Assembly (NCBI GenBank): GCA_041484785.1
Contig: JBGPIH010000001.1
Location: 7,258-71,257 of the forward strand
Length of the DNA stretch: 64,000 bases
Reading direction: 5' to 3'
DNA from: Candidatus Limnocylindria bacterium
Lineage (GTDB): Bacteria > Chloroflexota > Limnocylindria > Limnocylindrales > CSP1-4
Of the stretch, positions 29,690 to 39,212 are shown piece after piece. Within the stretch, counting starts at the first letter, position 1. Each line of letters opens with the position of its first letter. The notes under the pieces are model-generated. The model ran no database searches, was not told where the DNA came from, and worked only from the letters and a program-made list of their open reading frames with translations. Both the position numbers and the translations under genes were made by a program.

Positions 29690-30622
29690 ATGCATCCCTC
29701 TGGCCGAGAAGCCCCACCGAGCGGCAGGGCTCCAACCGCGACGGTGGCGATGCGAGCGCTTCGCGACGACGGCCACCGGCGACAGGCTAATCGCGCCGTG
29801 GCGGTCTCGGCGGTTGGCTTGGCCGCCACGGGAGGCATCGAATTCGCGATCGCACTGCTGACCGGCTCGGTCGGCCTCCTGAGCGACGCCCTGCACAACC
29901 TGTCTGACGTCAGCACGTCGGCGGTCGTCTTCTTCGGGTTCTGGATCAGCAAGAAGGCGCCCACCGCGCGCTACCCCTACGGCTACGAACGCGCGGAGGA
30001 CCTGGCCGGCCTAGGCGTGGCCCTTGTCATCTGGGCGTCGGCGCTGCTGGCGGGCTACGAAAGTGTCCGCAAGCTCCTGAGTGGCGCCGGCACCAGCAAC
30101 CTCGCGATTGGCATGGCGGCCGCCGGGATCGGCATCGCAGGAAACCTCGCCGTCTCGCGCTACAAGCTCCGGGTCGGCCGCCGGATCCACTCGACGGCGC
30201 TCGTGGCCGATGCCGACCACAGCCGGCTCGACGCGCTTGCGAGCGTGGGCGCCCTGGCAGGACTCGCCCTGGTCGCCCTCGGCTTTCCGGTCGGCGACCC
30301 GATCGCAGGCTTTGCGGTCACCCTGCTCATCGTCGGCGTAGGGGTCGAGGTGACGCGCGACGTCCTGCATCACCTGCTCGACGGGATCGAGCCGGAACTC
30401 CTCGAGTCGATCGGGTCGATCGCTCGGCGAGCGCCGGGTGTCGAGGCCGTCGCGCAAGCTCGTGGTCGCTGGACAGGGCGGGCCGTCCGAGTCGAGCTCG
30501 ATGTTCGTTTCGCTGTAGGCGCGTCACCCGAGGCCGTCGTGGCCGCGCAGGCCTGGATTCAGGAGACTGCGCGCGCGGAGCACGAGATGGTGGAAGAGGT
30601 TCGAGTCAGCCTCTCCGCCTGA
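29690..30622 (+). CDS. Cation diffusion facilitator (CzcD-like) transporter
   Basis: LLSDALHNLSD and HSRLDALASVGA motifs, six TM plus cytoplasmic C-terminal domain. Likely start at MRALRDD (29750). Confidence 0.85.
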   Translation: MHPSGREAPPSGRAPTATVAMRALRDDGHRRQANRAVAVSAVGLAATGGIEFAIALLTGSVGLLSDALHNLSDVSTSAVVFFGFWISKKAPTARYPYGYERAEDLAGLGVALVIWASALLAGYESVRKLLSGAGTSNLAIGMAAAGIGIAGNLAVSRYKLRVGRRIHSTALVADADHSRLDALASVGALAGLALVALGFPVGDPIAGFAVTLLIVGVGVEVTRDVLHHLLDGIEPELLESIGSIARRAPGVEAVAQARGRWTGRAVRVELDVRFAVGASPEAVVAAQAWIQETARAEHEMVEEVRVSLSA

Positions 30623-30712
30623 TTGCGGAATCTTCAGGCGGGCGGGTTGGTTCCAGGCCGCCACGCATCCTGGTACGTGCGCTCGAGCCATCGAGGACGT
30701 CGCGGACCGGTC

Positions 30713-30743
30713 TTGACATTCCAGCCACGGGAAGGTCTACCGT
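30713..30743 (+). promoter_or_regulatory. Putative MerR-type promoter: TTGACA - 19 bp - TACCGT, 6 nt before the merR-family ATG
   Basis: Consensus -35 with an over-long 19-bp spacer, characteristic of MerR-regulated promoters. Would give a leaderless transcript. Confidence 0.4.
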
Positions 30744-30749
30744 CAGGGC

Positions 30750-31265
30750 ATGCAGATCCGTGAGCTGGCTCGCCAGGCCGGCACGACGACGAAGGCCGTT
30801 CGGTTCTACGAATCCCAGGGGCTCATGGGCGCCCCCGAGCGCGCCGAGAATGGTTATCGCCGGTACGCCGCTGCGGACGTCGAGCGGCTCCGACTCCTGG
30901 TCGGCCTCCGCACATTGGATGTTCCCCTCGACCGGGCGGGGGAGTTGGCTGCCCTGCGTGCCGCCGGCCACTGTGAGCGAGTGTCGACCGAGCTGCGCGC
31001 GCTCATCGCTCGCCAGCGTGCGGACATCCGGCGCCACGCAGGGGAGCTCGACTTCCTGGACCGGCGTCTCGCGACCCTCGAACGGCATGTTGCGGCGGGC
31101 GATCCACCGCAGTCCGTGATCCCTCGTGGAAGGAGCATCGAAATCGCGACCTGTGATTGCTCGTGTGGGCAGTGCTGCGGATGTGACGCCTGCGGTTGTG
31201 TCTGTTCCTGCTCGAGCCACGGCAGGATGGCGGCGGGTGATCGCCATGAGCCGCGCAATGACTGA
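30750..31265 (+). CDS. MerR-family metal-responsive regulator with Cys-rich C-terminal tail
   Basis: HTH (MQIRELARQAGTTTKAVRFYESQGL), coiled-coil dimerisation region, then CDCSCGQCCGCDACGCVCSCSS. Confidence 0.85.
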   Translation: MQIRELARQAGTTTKAVRFYESQGLMGAPERAENGYRRYAAADVERLRLLVGLRTLDVPLDRAGELAALRAAGHCERVSTELRALIARQRADIRRHAGELDFLDRRLATLERHVAAGDPPQSVIPRGRSIEIATCDCSCGQCCGCDACGCVCSCSSHGRMAAGDRHEPRND

Positions 31266-31614
31266 GCCATCCCGGCCGCGCGTCGAGCTGCTCTGGTTCC
31301 AGGACTGCCCGAACCACCCGGCGGCCAGGGTGCTCCTCGACGAACTCCTCGACGAGCTCGCGCCGGGCACGGCAGTCCAGGAGATCGACGCCACCGAGCC
31401 CGCTGTCGCGCAGCGGCACCGCTTCCCCGGCTCGCCGACGATCCGGATCGACGGCCGGGACATCGATCCCTCTTACCAGGATCCAGGTGACTACACGCCC
31501 CGTTGCCGGCTGTACCGGACGGCCGAGGGGCTTCGAGGCCTTCCGGAGCGGGCCTGGATCGAGGCGGCGCTCCTGGCCAGCGTCCGCTCGATCGGCGGAC
31601 GCTTCTCGGAGTAG
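31258..31614 (+). CDS. Small thioredoxin/glutaredoxin-fold-like protein (CPNHP motif)
   Basis: VELLWFQDCPNHP ... FPGSPTIRIDGRDI resembles the Grx active-site strand and the proline-containing strand. Overlaps the merR stop by 8 nt. Confidence 0.5.
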   Translation: MTEPSRPRVELLWFQDCPNHPAARVLLDELLDELAPGTAVQEIDATEPAVAQRHRFPGSPTIRIDGRDIDPSYQDPGDYTPRCRLYRTAEGLRGLPERAWIEAALLASVRSIGGRFSE

Positions 31615-31874
31615 GCGCGTCGGGCGCGATGCCGACGCGCCCGCCTTGGCGGTGAACGTCGCGGTCGTCCATCGGTCCTAGCTGTGTCTCCCCTGGTGCC
31701 GGGCCACTGCGGCGTTCGGGCCGCTGTCCGGTGCCGGACGGCAGCCCAGCGATCCGTCGGCACATCACCGGCGAACACTTCACGCTCGGCGGGTCCGGTT
31801 TCTCGGGCAGACCCTGCATGGCGCCAAGCACGGATGGCCTGAGAGTGATGCCCTTGCGGATCATCGCCGGCGGG

Positions 31875-32159
31875 TCAGCCGGCGCGGAGGGACTCGACGT
31901 GGATCAGGCCGTCGTTTGCAGACGTCGCAAGGTCGGTGTGGCCATGCTCGTCCTCGCAGCAGGATGCCGGGCCGCCCATCAGGAAACGGTCAGGGTCGAG
32001 CGCGAACCGTGAAACGCAGCCGGGACACTTGAACCGAAGGCTCTGGCAATCGAGGCGTGCGGTCACGCCCTCGCCGGCCGCAATGTCCTTCCCGCAGACG
32101 ATACAGCTCGCGGCGGCTTCGGCCGCCGAATCGACGATCACGAGATCCTGGATGCTCAT
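31875..32159 (-). CDS. Small Cys-rich protein (zinc-ribbon/TRASH-like)
   Basis: GAAGGA SD before ATG 32159. CIVCGK-x15-C-x7-CPGC plus CCEDEHGH. Confidence 0.45.
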   Translation of the reverse strand: MSIQDLVIVDSAAEAAASCIVCGKDIAAGEGVTARLDCQSLRFKCPGCVSRFALDPDRFLMGGPASCCEDEHGHTDLATSANDGLIHVESLRAG

Positions 32160-32274
32160 CTTCTGTCCTTCGACGGTGTTTGCTCTCTCGAGTGGATCGC
32201 CGGCGCGGAGTGGCCGCGCGGATCTGGGACATGTGATAGCGGTGGTGTCCGGCCACTCGCGTCCCCGTGGCCGA

Positions 32275-32469
32275 TCAGGCCTGCGGGCGGGTGAAGAGGC
32301 GCCGAACTGCCTGGAACAACCCGGAGTTGCGGAGCTCTGGCGAGGTGCTTTCGAGGCCAGCGGCTCGCTCGACGACGGCCTGGTTGGTCGTCTTCGCGGG
32401 CTTTGTCTGATCGGTCACGGCCTCGTGGGGGTCGGGCGCCCCACAGCACGACGTGTTCTTGTCGCTCAT
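32275..32469 (-). CDS. Small protein (64 aa) with N-terminal SCCGAPDPHE
   Basis: GAAGGAG SD 10 nt before ATG 32469. Confidence 0.35.
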   Translation of the reverse strand: MSDKNTSCCGAPDPHEAVTDQTKPAKTTNQAVVERAAGLESTSPELRNSGLFQAVRRLFTRPQA

Positions 32470-32739
32470 TTGTCGCGGTCTCCTTCGGTGGATTGCGTTC
32501 GTCCCGTGAGATGCACGTGACGACTCGCCACTTGACGCCGAGCATGCGGAACCAACCTGAGAGCCGCCTGATCGATGGCTGAATCGACGCCGAGAGTAAG
32601 CCCAACGGTTCGGCCACGCGATTCTCCCGTGACACCGGAGACCCCCGCCGCCGGTCTGGCAGCGGGGGTCGGGGCTCCGGCGCAGCGGAGCGTGGCTCGG
32701 CCGGTGGTCGGTACCGGCGGGACGTGGAGGGTGGCGGGA

Positions 32740-33900
32740 TCAGGACTGGACGTTGATGACCATGAGCAGGCCGCCCGGCTCGACGTCGTCGTTGGTGGCG
32801 TGGTGGACGATGTGGCAGTGGAGCGCCCAGGTCCCCGGGTTCTCGGCCGTGAACTCGACGTCGAACCGCTCACCCGGGTGGACCGGGATGGTGTCCTTGG
32901 TCAGTTGGGCGGCGGCAGGCACCGGGAAGCCGTCGGTGGCGACGATCTTGAACCCCGAGCCATGGAGGTGCATCGGGTGCTCGAACTGTCCGGCCCCCAC
33001 AAATCGCAGGCGGACGCGATCGCCCTTCTTGACCGTGATGGCGGGGATGTCGGGATAGGTCTTGCCGTTGATCGTGAAGAAGTTGGGTTCGCCCATCGAG
33101 GGCATCGCCGGGTAGCTCACGCCGTCGACGACGCGCCATTCGTTGAGGATCAGCGTCGCGTCGACGTCGGGCTTGATCGCGTTCCAGTTCCTGGGATCGA
33201 CGATCAGCCCGCCGAACAGCCCGACGTTGATCTGGGTGTCGGTGTCGAAGTGCGAGTGGTACATGAAGGTGCCGGCCGGGTTGGCCACGAACTCATAGGT
33301 GAACGTCTCGCCCGGCATGACCGGCTTCTGCGAGATCTCCGGCTGGGCGACGCCATCCATGTTCGAGGGCACGAACTGGCCATGCCAGTGGATGCTCGTC
33401 GGCGTCGTGAGCTCGTTCTTGAACACGATCCGGATCCGGTCGCCCTCGGTGACCCGGATGAGCGGCCCAGGGACCGTGCCGTTGTAGGTCAGCGCGGTGA
33501 CCTGGGTGGCCGAATTGATCTTCCAGAAGACGGACTTCGCCGTCAGTTGAAAGACTTTCGTCTTGCCGTCGAGCGTGAACGGCAGAGGCTGAAGACCCGC
33601 CGTCTCGGTGGCGGGTACGGCGCCATCGGTCGGGACCGGCTCGTCGGTCATGAGGCCGCCGGTTGTGTCCATACCGGACATCCCCGTGGAGGGCGCGCCG
33701 GATGGCGCGAGCGAGCTCGGACTCAGGCTCGGCGAGCCGCCCATGTCCATCCCGGGCATATCCGAGCTCATCGGTGTGGGCGAGGAGGCCGGCGAGGCGA
33801 CCGCCGAAGCAGCCGGTGAGGCGGCCGGCGCACACGCGGCCACGGCGACCGAGAGCGTGACCAGTGCGGCAATTGCGGTTTGGCGATTCTGCACAGCCAA
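32740..33900 (-). CDS. Multicopper oxidase (two-domain, CopA/laccase-like) lipoprotein with Met-rich N-terminal region
   Basis: Cu-binding motifs HWHG, HSH, HPMHLHG, HCHIVHH. Lipobox VAACAP. MSSDMPGMDMGG...MSGMD Met motifs. Confidence 0.9.
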   Translation of the reverse strand: MAVQNRQTAIAALVTLSVAVAACAPAASPAASAVASPASSPTPMSSDMPGMDMGGSPSLSPSSLAPSGAPSTGMSGMDTTGGLMTDEPVPTDGAVPATETAGLQPLPFTLDGKTKVFQLTAKSVFWKINSATQVTALTYNGTVPGPLIRVTEGDRIRIVFKNELTTPTSIHWHGQFVPSNMDGVAQPEISQKPVMPGETFTYEFVANPAGTFMYHSHFDTDTQINVGLFGGLIVDPRNWNAIKPDVDATLILNEWRVVDGVSYPAMPSMGEPNFFTINGKTYPDIPAITVKKGDRVRLRFVGAGQFEHPMHLHGSGFKIVATDGFPVPAAAQLTKDTIPVHPGERFDVEFTAENPGTWALHCHIVHHATNDDVEPGGLLMVINVQS

Positions 33901-34163
33901 AGGTTCCTTTCTGCGAACGGAAGGTCCTCACCGTGGTGTTCCAAGCTGAATCGTCGCTTAGCGGACGCTGAGAACCTGGCGTCTTGAGACTTCGGCAGCT
34001 CTTCGCTGGATATCGAGCAATCGACGGGGCGACGAATCGGTCGGACGTCGCCAACGGGCGCGGTGCCCGATCTCCAGGCTGGTCGTCGATCGAGAACGCC
34101 GAGGTTCGCATGCGAAAGGCCGCCCCCTGACGATCGAGGCCGACGGGCGGGTATCGTTCGCCG

Positions 34164-35099
34164 GTGAGCAGTCGATCGGCCGGTATGGCCGCCCTCATCG
34201 CGATCCTCTGGGGACTGTGCTTTGTGCTGATCCGGGCGTCCCTACCGAGCCCCGCGCCCCTCCTGCTGGCGGCGCTGCGAGCGCTCATCGGCGGGGGCGT
34301 GGTTGTTGCGTGGGTCGCCCTGAGCCGGCGGAAACCGGCGATCCAGGCTGCCGAGCGACCAGTTCGGCGCCCATGGATGGACGGCTTGCCATCCATCCCC
34401 CTTCTCCTAGTACTCGCCTGGACCAACGCCACGCTCGCCCTCGGGGCGATGTACCTCGCCGCCGGCCGGGCCGAGGCTGCGGTCGGATCGATCCTGGCCG
34501 GCGGTCAGCCGCTCGTCCTGACTGTTGCCGGTTGGGCCCTGTTTGGGGAGCGTGTCGCAGGTCGTACGGTGGTCGGGCTCGCAGTCGCCTTGCTCGGCGT
34601 TGGTCTGGTGGCGACCACAAGCTCGGGCACAACGAGCCTCGACGGGACCGTCCTCGCCCTGCTCGCCTCGGTCGCCCCGGCCGCCGGCACCATCGTCATG
34701 CGGCGCCTCAGGCCATCGCTCGACCTGCTCGTCACGACCGGCGCCCAGTTCCTGCTTGGCGGAGCCATCCTGCTGGCGGCCAGCGCGATGCTCGAGCCGT
34801 GGGACAAGGTCACCTGGTCACCCGCGAGCGTTGCCGGGCTCCTCGTCCTGGGTGTGCTCGGCACTGGTCTCGCGTACGTGTCCTGGTTCTGGCTACTCGA
34901 CCGGGTGCCCATGGTGCGGCTCGGCGTGACCCTGTTTCTTGTTCCGGTCGTCGGCGTCGTGGCATCGATCGCCACGGGTGACCGCCCGGCGCCCGTCGAG
35001 CTGACGGGCATCGCCGCAGTGCTCCTCGGACTGGCGATCGTCCTGGTGGGCGGCCGTGCCGCGAAGAGAACCGAAGAGGCGGTCCGACAGGGAGCCTGA
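34164..35099 (+). CDS. EamA/DMT-family transporter
   Basis: 10 TM, duplicated EamA-like halves. Confidence 0.75.
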   Translation: MSSRSAGMAALIAILWGLCFVLIRASLPSPAPLLLAALRALIGGGVVVAWVALSRRKPAIQAAERPVRRPWMDGLPSIPLLLVLAWTNATLALGAMYLAAGRAEAAVGSILAGGQPLVLTVAGWALFGERVAGRTVVGLAVALLGVGLVATTSSGTTSLDGTVLALLASVAPAAGTIVMRRLRPSLDLLVTTGAQFLLGGAILLAASAMLEPWDKVTWSPASVAGLLVLGVLGTGLAYVSWFWLLDRVPMVRLGVTLFLVPVVGVVASIATGDRPAPVELTGIAAVLLGLAIVLVGGRAAKRTEEAVRQGA

Positions 35100-35210
35100 C
35101 CGCCGCTTGCGGACATGTCTCAGGTCTGCCTCACCTGAGGCTCAGCAACCCCACGCACGCTACGTGGAAGCCGTGCGGCCGAGTCCAGCGAATGTGGGCA
35201 GCGAGGCAGC

Positions 35211-35453
35211 GTGATGTTCAGATTCGTCATCGATCCCGTATGCCAGATGGAGATCCGGCCCGACCAGGCGGTCGCCGTCACTCGGTTCGAGGGCCATCGC
35301 ATCTACTTCTGTAGCGACGGCTGCTACGCGGAGTTCCTCGATATTCCGCACAGCTACGTCGACTGGGATGACCGTCCCAATCGCGACCCGAAGCATCGCG
35401 GGCGACGACTCGATCCGCGCTACGTGCTTTCCGATAGCCCTTCGGATCGATGA
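35211..35453 (+). CDS. YHS/TRASH-domain protein
   Basis: DPVCQMEIRPDQ...YFCSDGCYAEF. Confidence 0.75.
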   Translation: MMFRFVIDPVCQMEIRPDQAVAVTRFEGHRIYFCSDGCYAEFLDIPHSYVDWDDRPNRDPKHRGRRLDPRYVLSDSPSDR

Positions 35454-35605
35454 CGGCGGCCGGCACGTCCAGGCCCGAAGCCGCCTCAACACGAAATCGC
35501 GACAGAATCGCCGGGCTCTGCATACTACAGTAGTGTCGTAGCCCAATGGCGCTACGGCGCTGAGCCGCCAATGTCCGACCCCCAATAGACCCAGCGAGGA
35601 CGAAC

Positions 35606-36805
35606 GTGGACAACCGAGCAGCGCGACGAAAGGCAGCCGCCGCGGCGCGGCGCACGACGAATCGATCGGGGCGGGCGCCGGACGCGGCGACGAGGGCCAG
35701 CACCGGGCGCGGCGACGCGGGCGGGTTAACCACGAGTCCGCAATCCAATCCGTCCGAGGCTGTCGAACCGGAGGCGCTCGTCGTCAGCCACTGGTTCGAC
35801 TCCGGTGACGAAGGTGAATCGTACGCCGCGACCGTTCGGTTGACGGGACGCCGCGTCGACATCCACGGGCTGCCCGGGCCCCATGACACGTTCGTCCAGG
35901 AAGACAAGATCGAGGCGATCGTGCCCGGCAGCGGACCGGTGTCGCTTACCTCATGGGTCTACGGGCTCGAGCCAGGCGATTGGACCGTCGACGCGGAGCT
36001 GTTGCGGTCACATCGTGATCCGGGCCGAGGGAGGCGAACATCCGCCGAGCCGGTCCTTCCCGCGACCTGGTCGTGGCGCCGCTGGGCGCTTTCGACCGGC
36101 TCCTCGGAGGCGGTGAAGACACGCTGGGCGATGGTGGCGCCGTTGGCACGAATGCCCGGGGTCCTCCCCGGTAGCTGGCCAGCCCTTGGCGCCCTCGGGG
36201 CCGTCGTCGCTTTGATCACCCAGGCGGCGATTCTCGAGCACGAGAAGGCCGCTGTTGGCCAATCGCTCCTGGTGTCCCTGATCGCCCTCCTATCCGGGAT
36301 GCTCGGGGCGAAGCTCTGGTACGCGGTGCTGCACCCTGGCCCATGGCGACAGGCGATCCTCGGAGGCTGGGCCGTCGACGGGTTTCTGGTGGTGGCCCCC
36401 GTCGTAGCGGTCGCGGCACTGGTGGCCTGGAATCTGCCCGTCGGTGCCTTTCTCGACGCCGCGGCACCGGGCCTCTTCTTCGGGGTGGCGATCGGGCGCG
36501 TCGGGTGCTTCTTCACCGGCTGTTGCGCCGGTCACATCACCAATTCACGCTGGGGCATCTGGTCCTCCGATCGGAGGGTGGGAGCTCGTCGGGTTCCTGC
36601 CCAGCTTCTTGAATCCACCGCCGGATTGGTGATCGGAGGCCTGGCGGCGACGGCAGTCCTTGGCCACCTGCCACGTCCCGACGGCGCCGTATTCGTGGCT
36701 GCATTCGTGGCGTATCTCCTCGTCCGGCAGGCCCTCCTCCGGGTTCGAGCGGAATCGCGCCAGTTCTCGTGGCGTCGGAGCGTCGCGGTTGCCGAGCGGG
36801 CGTGA
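35606..36805 (+). CDS. Lgt-like (prolipoprotein diacylglyceryl transferase family) membrane protein with N-terminal soluble extension; start uncertain
   Basis: C-terminal ~230 aa with FFGVAIGRVGCFFTGCCAGH resemble the Lgt signature GR[IL]GNF[IL]N.E, but Asn/Asn/Glu are replaced by Cys/Thr/Cys. The N-terminal ~150 aa look like a folded domain rather than frame noise. Confidence 0.5.
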   Translation: MDNRAARRKAAAAARRTTNRSGRAPDAATRASTGRGDAGGLTTSPQSNPSEAVEPEALVVSHWFDSGDEGESYAATVRLTGRRVDIHGLPGPHDTFVQEDKIEAIVPGSGPVSLTSWVYGLEPGDWTVDAELLRSHRDPGRGRRTSAEPVLPATWSWRRWALSTGSSEAVKTRWAMVAPLARMPGVLPGSWPALGALGAVVALITQAAILEHEKAAVGQSLLVSLIALLSGMLGAKLWYAVLHPGPWRQAILGGWAVDGFLVVAPVVAVAALVAWNLPVGAFLDAAAPGLFFGVAIGRVGCFFTGCCAGHITNSRWGIWSSDRRVGARRVPAQLLESTAGLVIGGLAATAVLGHLPRPDGAVFVAAFVAYLLVRQALLRVRAESRQFSWRRSVAVAERA

Positions 36806-36963
36806 CTCAAAGAGGGCGAGCGGGAGACCCCGCTCAGTTGTGAGCCTGCCTGAATCGAGGGCGAGCTGGCGGACTCAGGCATGAGTTCTGGCGGAGCAGC
36901 CCTGCCATCGATTCCCGCAGATGCTGAGCCGCAGGCCGATTGGTGCTCGACCGGTTGGATCCG

Positions 36964-38109
36964 TCAGGACAGCTCGAGCGGATCGACGAGGCGGCCGCCC
37001 ATCCAGACGCGGAAGTCCAGGTGTGGCCCGGTGGCCCGGCCAGTCGCCCCGACGAGTGCGATCGTGTCGCCCTGGGCAACCTTGTCGCCTCGTTCGACCG
37101 TGACCTTGCTGTTGTGGTTGTAGGTCGAGCGCATCCCGTCCGGGTGCTCGATCTCGACGACGTAGCCGCCGCCGTTGTCCTTCCAGCCTGCCCACACAAC
37201 CGTCCCGCCGGCAACAGCCCGGACCGGAGTCCCCAGAGGCGCCGCGATGTCGATTCCGGGGTGCGCCGCCGAGAACCGGGTGGTCAGGGTTCCGCGAACT
37301 GCGAGCGGCCAGAGGTGGTCGCCCTCTTGAGCCTGGGACGATGCCCGTCGTGTCATCGGGGCAGGGCGAGAGGACGTCGTCCTGGGCGCCAGGCGGGTCG
37401 GCTGAGGGAGGGACGCCATCTTCGAGCCGCCCGGCACCAGAATTCGCTGGCCGGCGACGAGACGGTCGGGATCAACGCCGTCATTCCATCGAAGAATGTC
37501 CGCCAGATCGGTGGAATGTCGCCGCGCGATAGTCCACAGATTGTCGCCCGCTGTGACGACGTGGGTGGGGCCCTTCGGGGCCTTGGGCGGGCTGGCGGAC
37601 CGCGCGGGGGTGATCGTCGGTGACGGGGTCGCCTTGGTTAGCGTTTCGGCCATGCTGGAGGCCGGCTGGACCGGCAAGGCTGTGGACGATGGATTACCTC
37701 CCCGGGCGTCCACAGTCCCGATCGCGATTCCCGGGGATCCGCCGGGGACTGGATCATCAGGCTGGGGTTTGGCTGATCCGCTTCGTCGATCGTCGGGGCT
37801 GAGGCCAGGGGACGGCTCGCCGGGTGACTTGATCGAACCGAAGGCTGTCGCTGGCAGCGGTGACCAGCGCCACGGTGGCGTGGCGCGCGTCACCCCGCCC
37901 GGCCGGAGGGCAAGGACCAGTCCGGCCGCGACGATCACCGGCACCAGCAGGGCTGCCCGCGGGAGCCTGGCCCCCCCGCGCGGGTGCGCCTGGTCGCGAT
38001 GAGCGTGAGCGGGTCGGCCGGTCGAGCGCATCGCGCGCGCGCGGGCCCAGAGCGGGCGAGTGAGCACCGATATGTCCTCCGGTGAGCGGAGTGGAGCCCC
38101 GGCCGGCAC
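36964..38109 (-). CDS. LysM-domain M23 peptidase
   Basis: LysM (HVVTAGDNLWTIARRH...GQRILVPG) plus M23 (GIDIAAPLGTPVRAVAGG...HLDFRV). Start uncertain. Confidence 0.8.
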   Translation of the reverse strand: MPAGAPLRSPEDISVLTRPLWARARAMRSTGRPAHAHRDQAHPRGGARLPRAALLVPVIVAAGLVLALRPGGVTRATPPWRWSPLPATAFGSIKSPGEPSPGLSPDDRRSGSAKPQPDDPVPGGSPGIAIGTVDARGGNPSSTALPVQPASSMAETLTKATPSPTITPARSASPPKAPKGPTHVVTAGDNLWTIARRHSTDLADILRWNDGVDPDRLVAGQRILVPGGSKMASLPQPTRLAPRTTSSRPAPMTRRASSQAQEGDHLWPLAVRGTLTTRFSAAHPGIDIAAPLGTPVRAVAGGTVVWAGWKDNGGGYVVEIEHPDGMRSTYNHNSKVTVERGDKVAQGDTIALVGATGRATGPHLDFRVWMGGRLVDPLELS

Positions 38110-38289
38110 TCGGTCAACGTGGACCGCGTGCGGCGTTGCATTTCGGGCAGAGAAGGGGCGGTGGGGTTAGGCAAGCCTGTGACGGCCAGCTTGGATGAAC
38201 CAGAGAACGGCCTGAGAATGCGCTGAGAAAGCTCTCTGTAGCTCCCGATCAGAGAGCCGCGCCCGCCTAGCCTAGCCTCCGCTGCCGGG

Positions 38290-38967
38290 TCAGACGAGAG
38301 CCCGACCGCCTGCCTGGCTTCGGCGCAGACGCAGTGTCGTGGCAGCGATCACAAGGAGGCCGATTGCTACGCTCAGCCCGGCGAGGGTACCCGCGGCGAA
38401 CTCCCAGAACGCGGTCGGATAGAGCTGCACGATCCGCTGGGTGGTCGGGTCGAATTGCCAGCCGCCGGCCGGGAAGACGATCTCGTGGAATAGCGTGAAC
38501 AACGCATCGAAGGCGACAACGAGCCCGATCCCGACGGCCGAGAAGATGAGCACGAGCCCGGTCGCGCCCCGCCGGACCGCGCGGAGCGCATCCGGTCCGC
38601 TCATCCCCCGGGTCGTGATGATGACCGCGATCGCGCCCGCCAGCACAAGCCCGAAGAACCCATAGACAACGACACGGACGTCCTGCATGTGAGCCGCCTC
38701 GACCGGTCCGTAGAACGGCGGGCCTCCTGGTGTCGCGGCAAATGTGAACGAGCCTGGTCCAATGAGCAGCTCCTGGACAGACAGCTCAGAGGCTCGTTGG
38801 GCGACCTCGTGCGGCACGCCCAGGATGCCGGCTGAGCCCCCGATCTCGAGGCCGAGGTTCATCACTGGCGGAAGCAGCAGAATGACCGCGGCCGTGCCGA
38901 CGATGACGATTGCGGTGCCGACCCCGGCGATGGTACGCCAAGGTCGGCTGGAGTGGTTGGCAGCCAC
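38290..38967 (-). CDS. DUF1461-family integral membrane protein
   Basis: FTLFHEIVFPAGGWQFDPTTQRIVQLYP motif. Confidence 0.6.
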   Translation of the reverse strand: MAANHSSRPWRTIAGVGTAIVIVGTAAVILLLPPVMNLGLEIGGSAGILGVPHEVAQRASELSVQELLIGPGSFTFAATPGGPPFYGPVEAAHMQDVRVVVYGFFGLVLAGAIAVIITTRGMSGPDALRAVRRGATGLVLIFSAVGIGLVVAFDALFTLFHEIVFPAGGWQFDPTTQRIVQLYPTAFWEFAAGTLAGLSVAIGLLVIAATTLRLRRSQAGGRALV

Positions 38968-39026
38968 TGCGTTTCGTGTCCTTCCCAGGCCGGAGCTGCG
39001 ATTCGGGCGCCTGCCGGCCGGTCTGA

Positions 39027-39212
39027 TCAGTGTCCAGCGTGCCCGCTGTGCTCGTCCTTCGGATGGCCGTAGCTGTGCGGGTCCTTGACGAACGTCTCGT
39101 GGCAGGCATTGCTACAGAAGTAGAACGTCCGCCCTTCGTGCTCTTCCGTGGCGGCGGCGTCCTCGGGGCGGATTTCCATGCCGCAGACCGGGTCCTTCAC
39201 CTTGTCAGCCAT
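39027..39212 (-). CDS. Small YHS/TRASH-domain protein with His-rich C-terminus
   Basis: GGAGG SD before ATG 39212. DPVCGMEIRPED...YFCSNACHETF, ending HPKDEHSGHAGH. The track ORF extends upstream to 39734 without a stop, but that stretch is Arg-rich low complexity. Confidence 0.8.
   Translation of the reverse strand: MADKVKDPVCGMEIRPEDAAATEEHEGRTFYFCSNACHETFVKDPHSYGHPKDEHSGHAGH

Noticed and set aside
29231-29896. 221-aa reverse ORF
   Set aside because: Antisense to the NRAMP 3' end and the CDF 5' end. Arg/Glu/Asp-rich noise.
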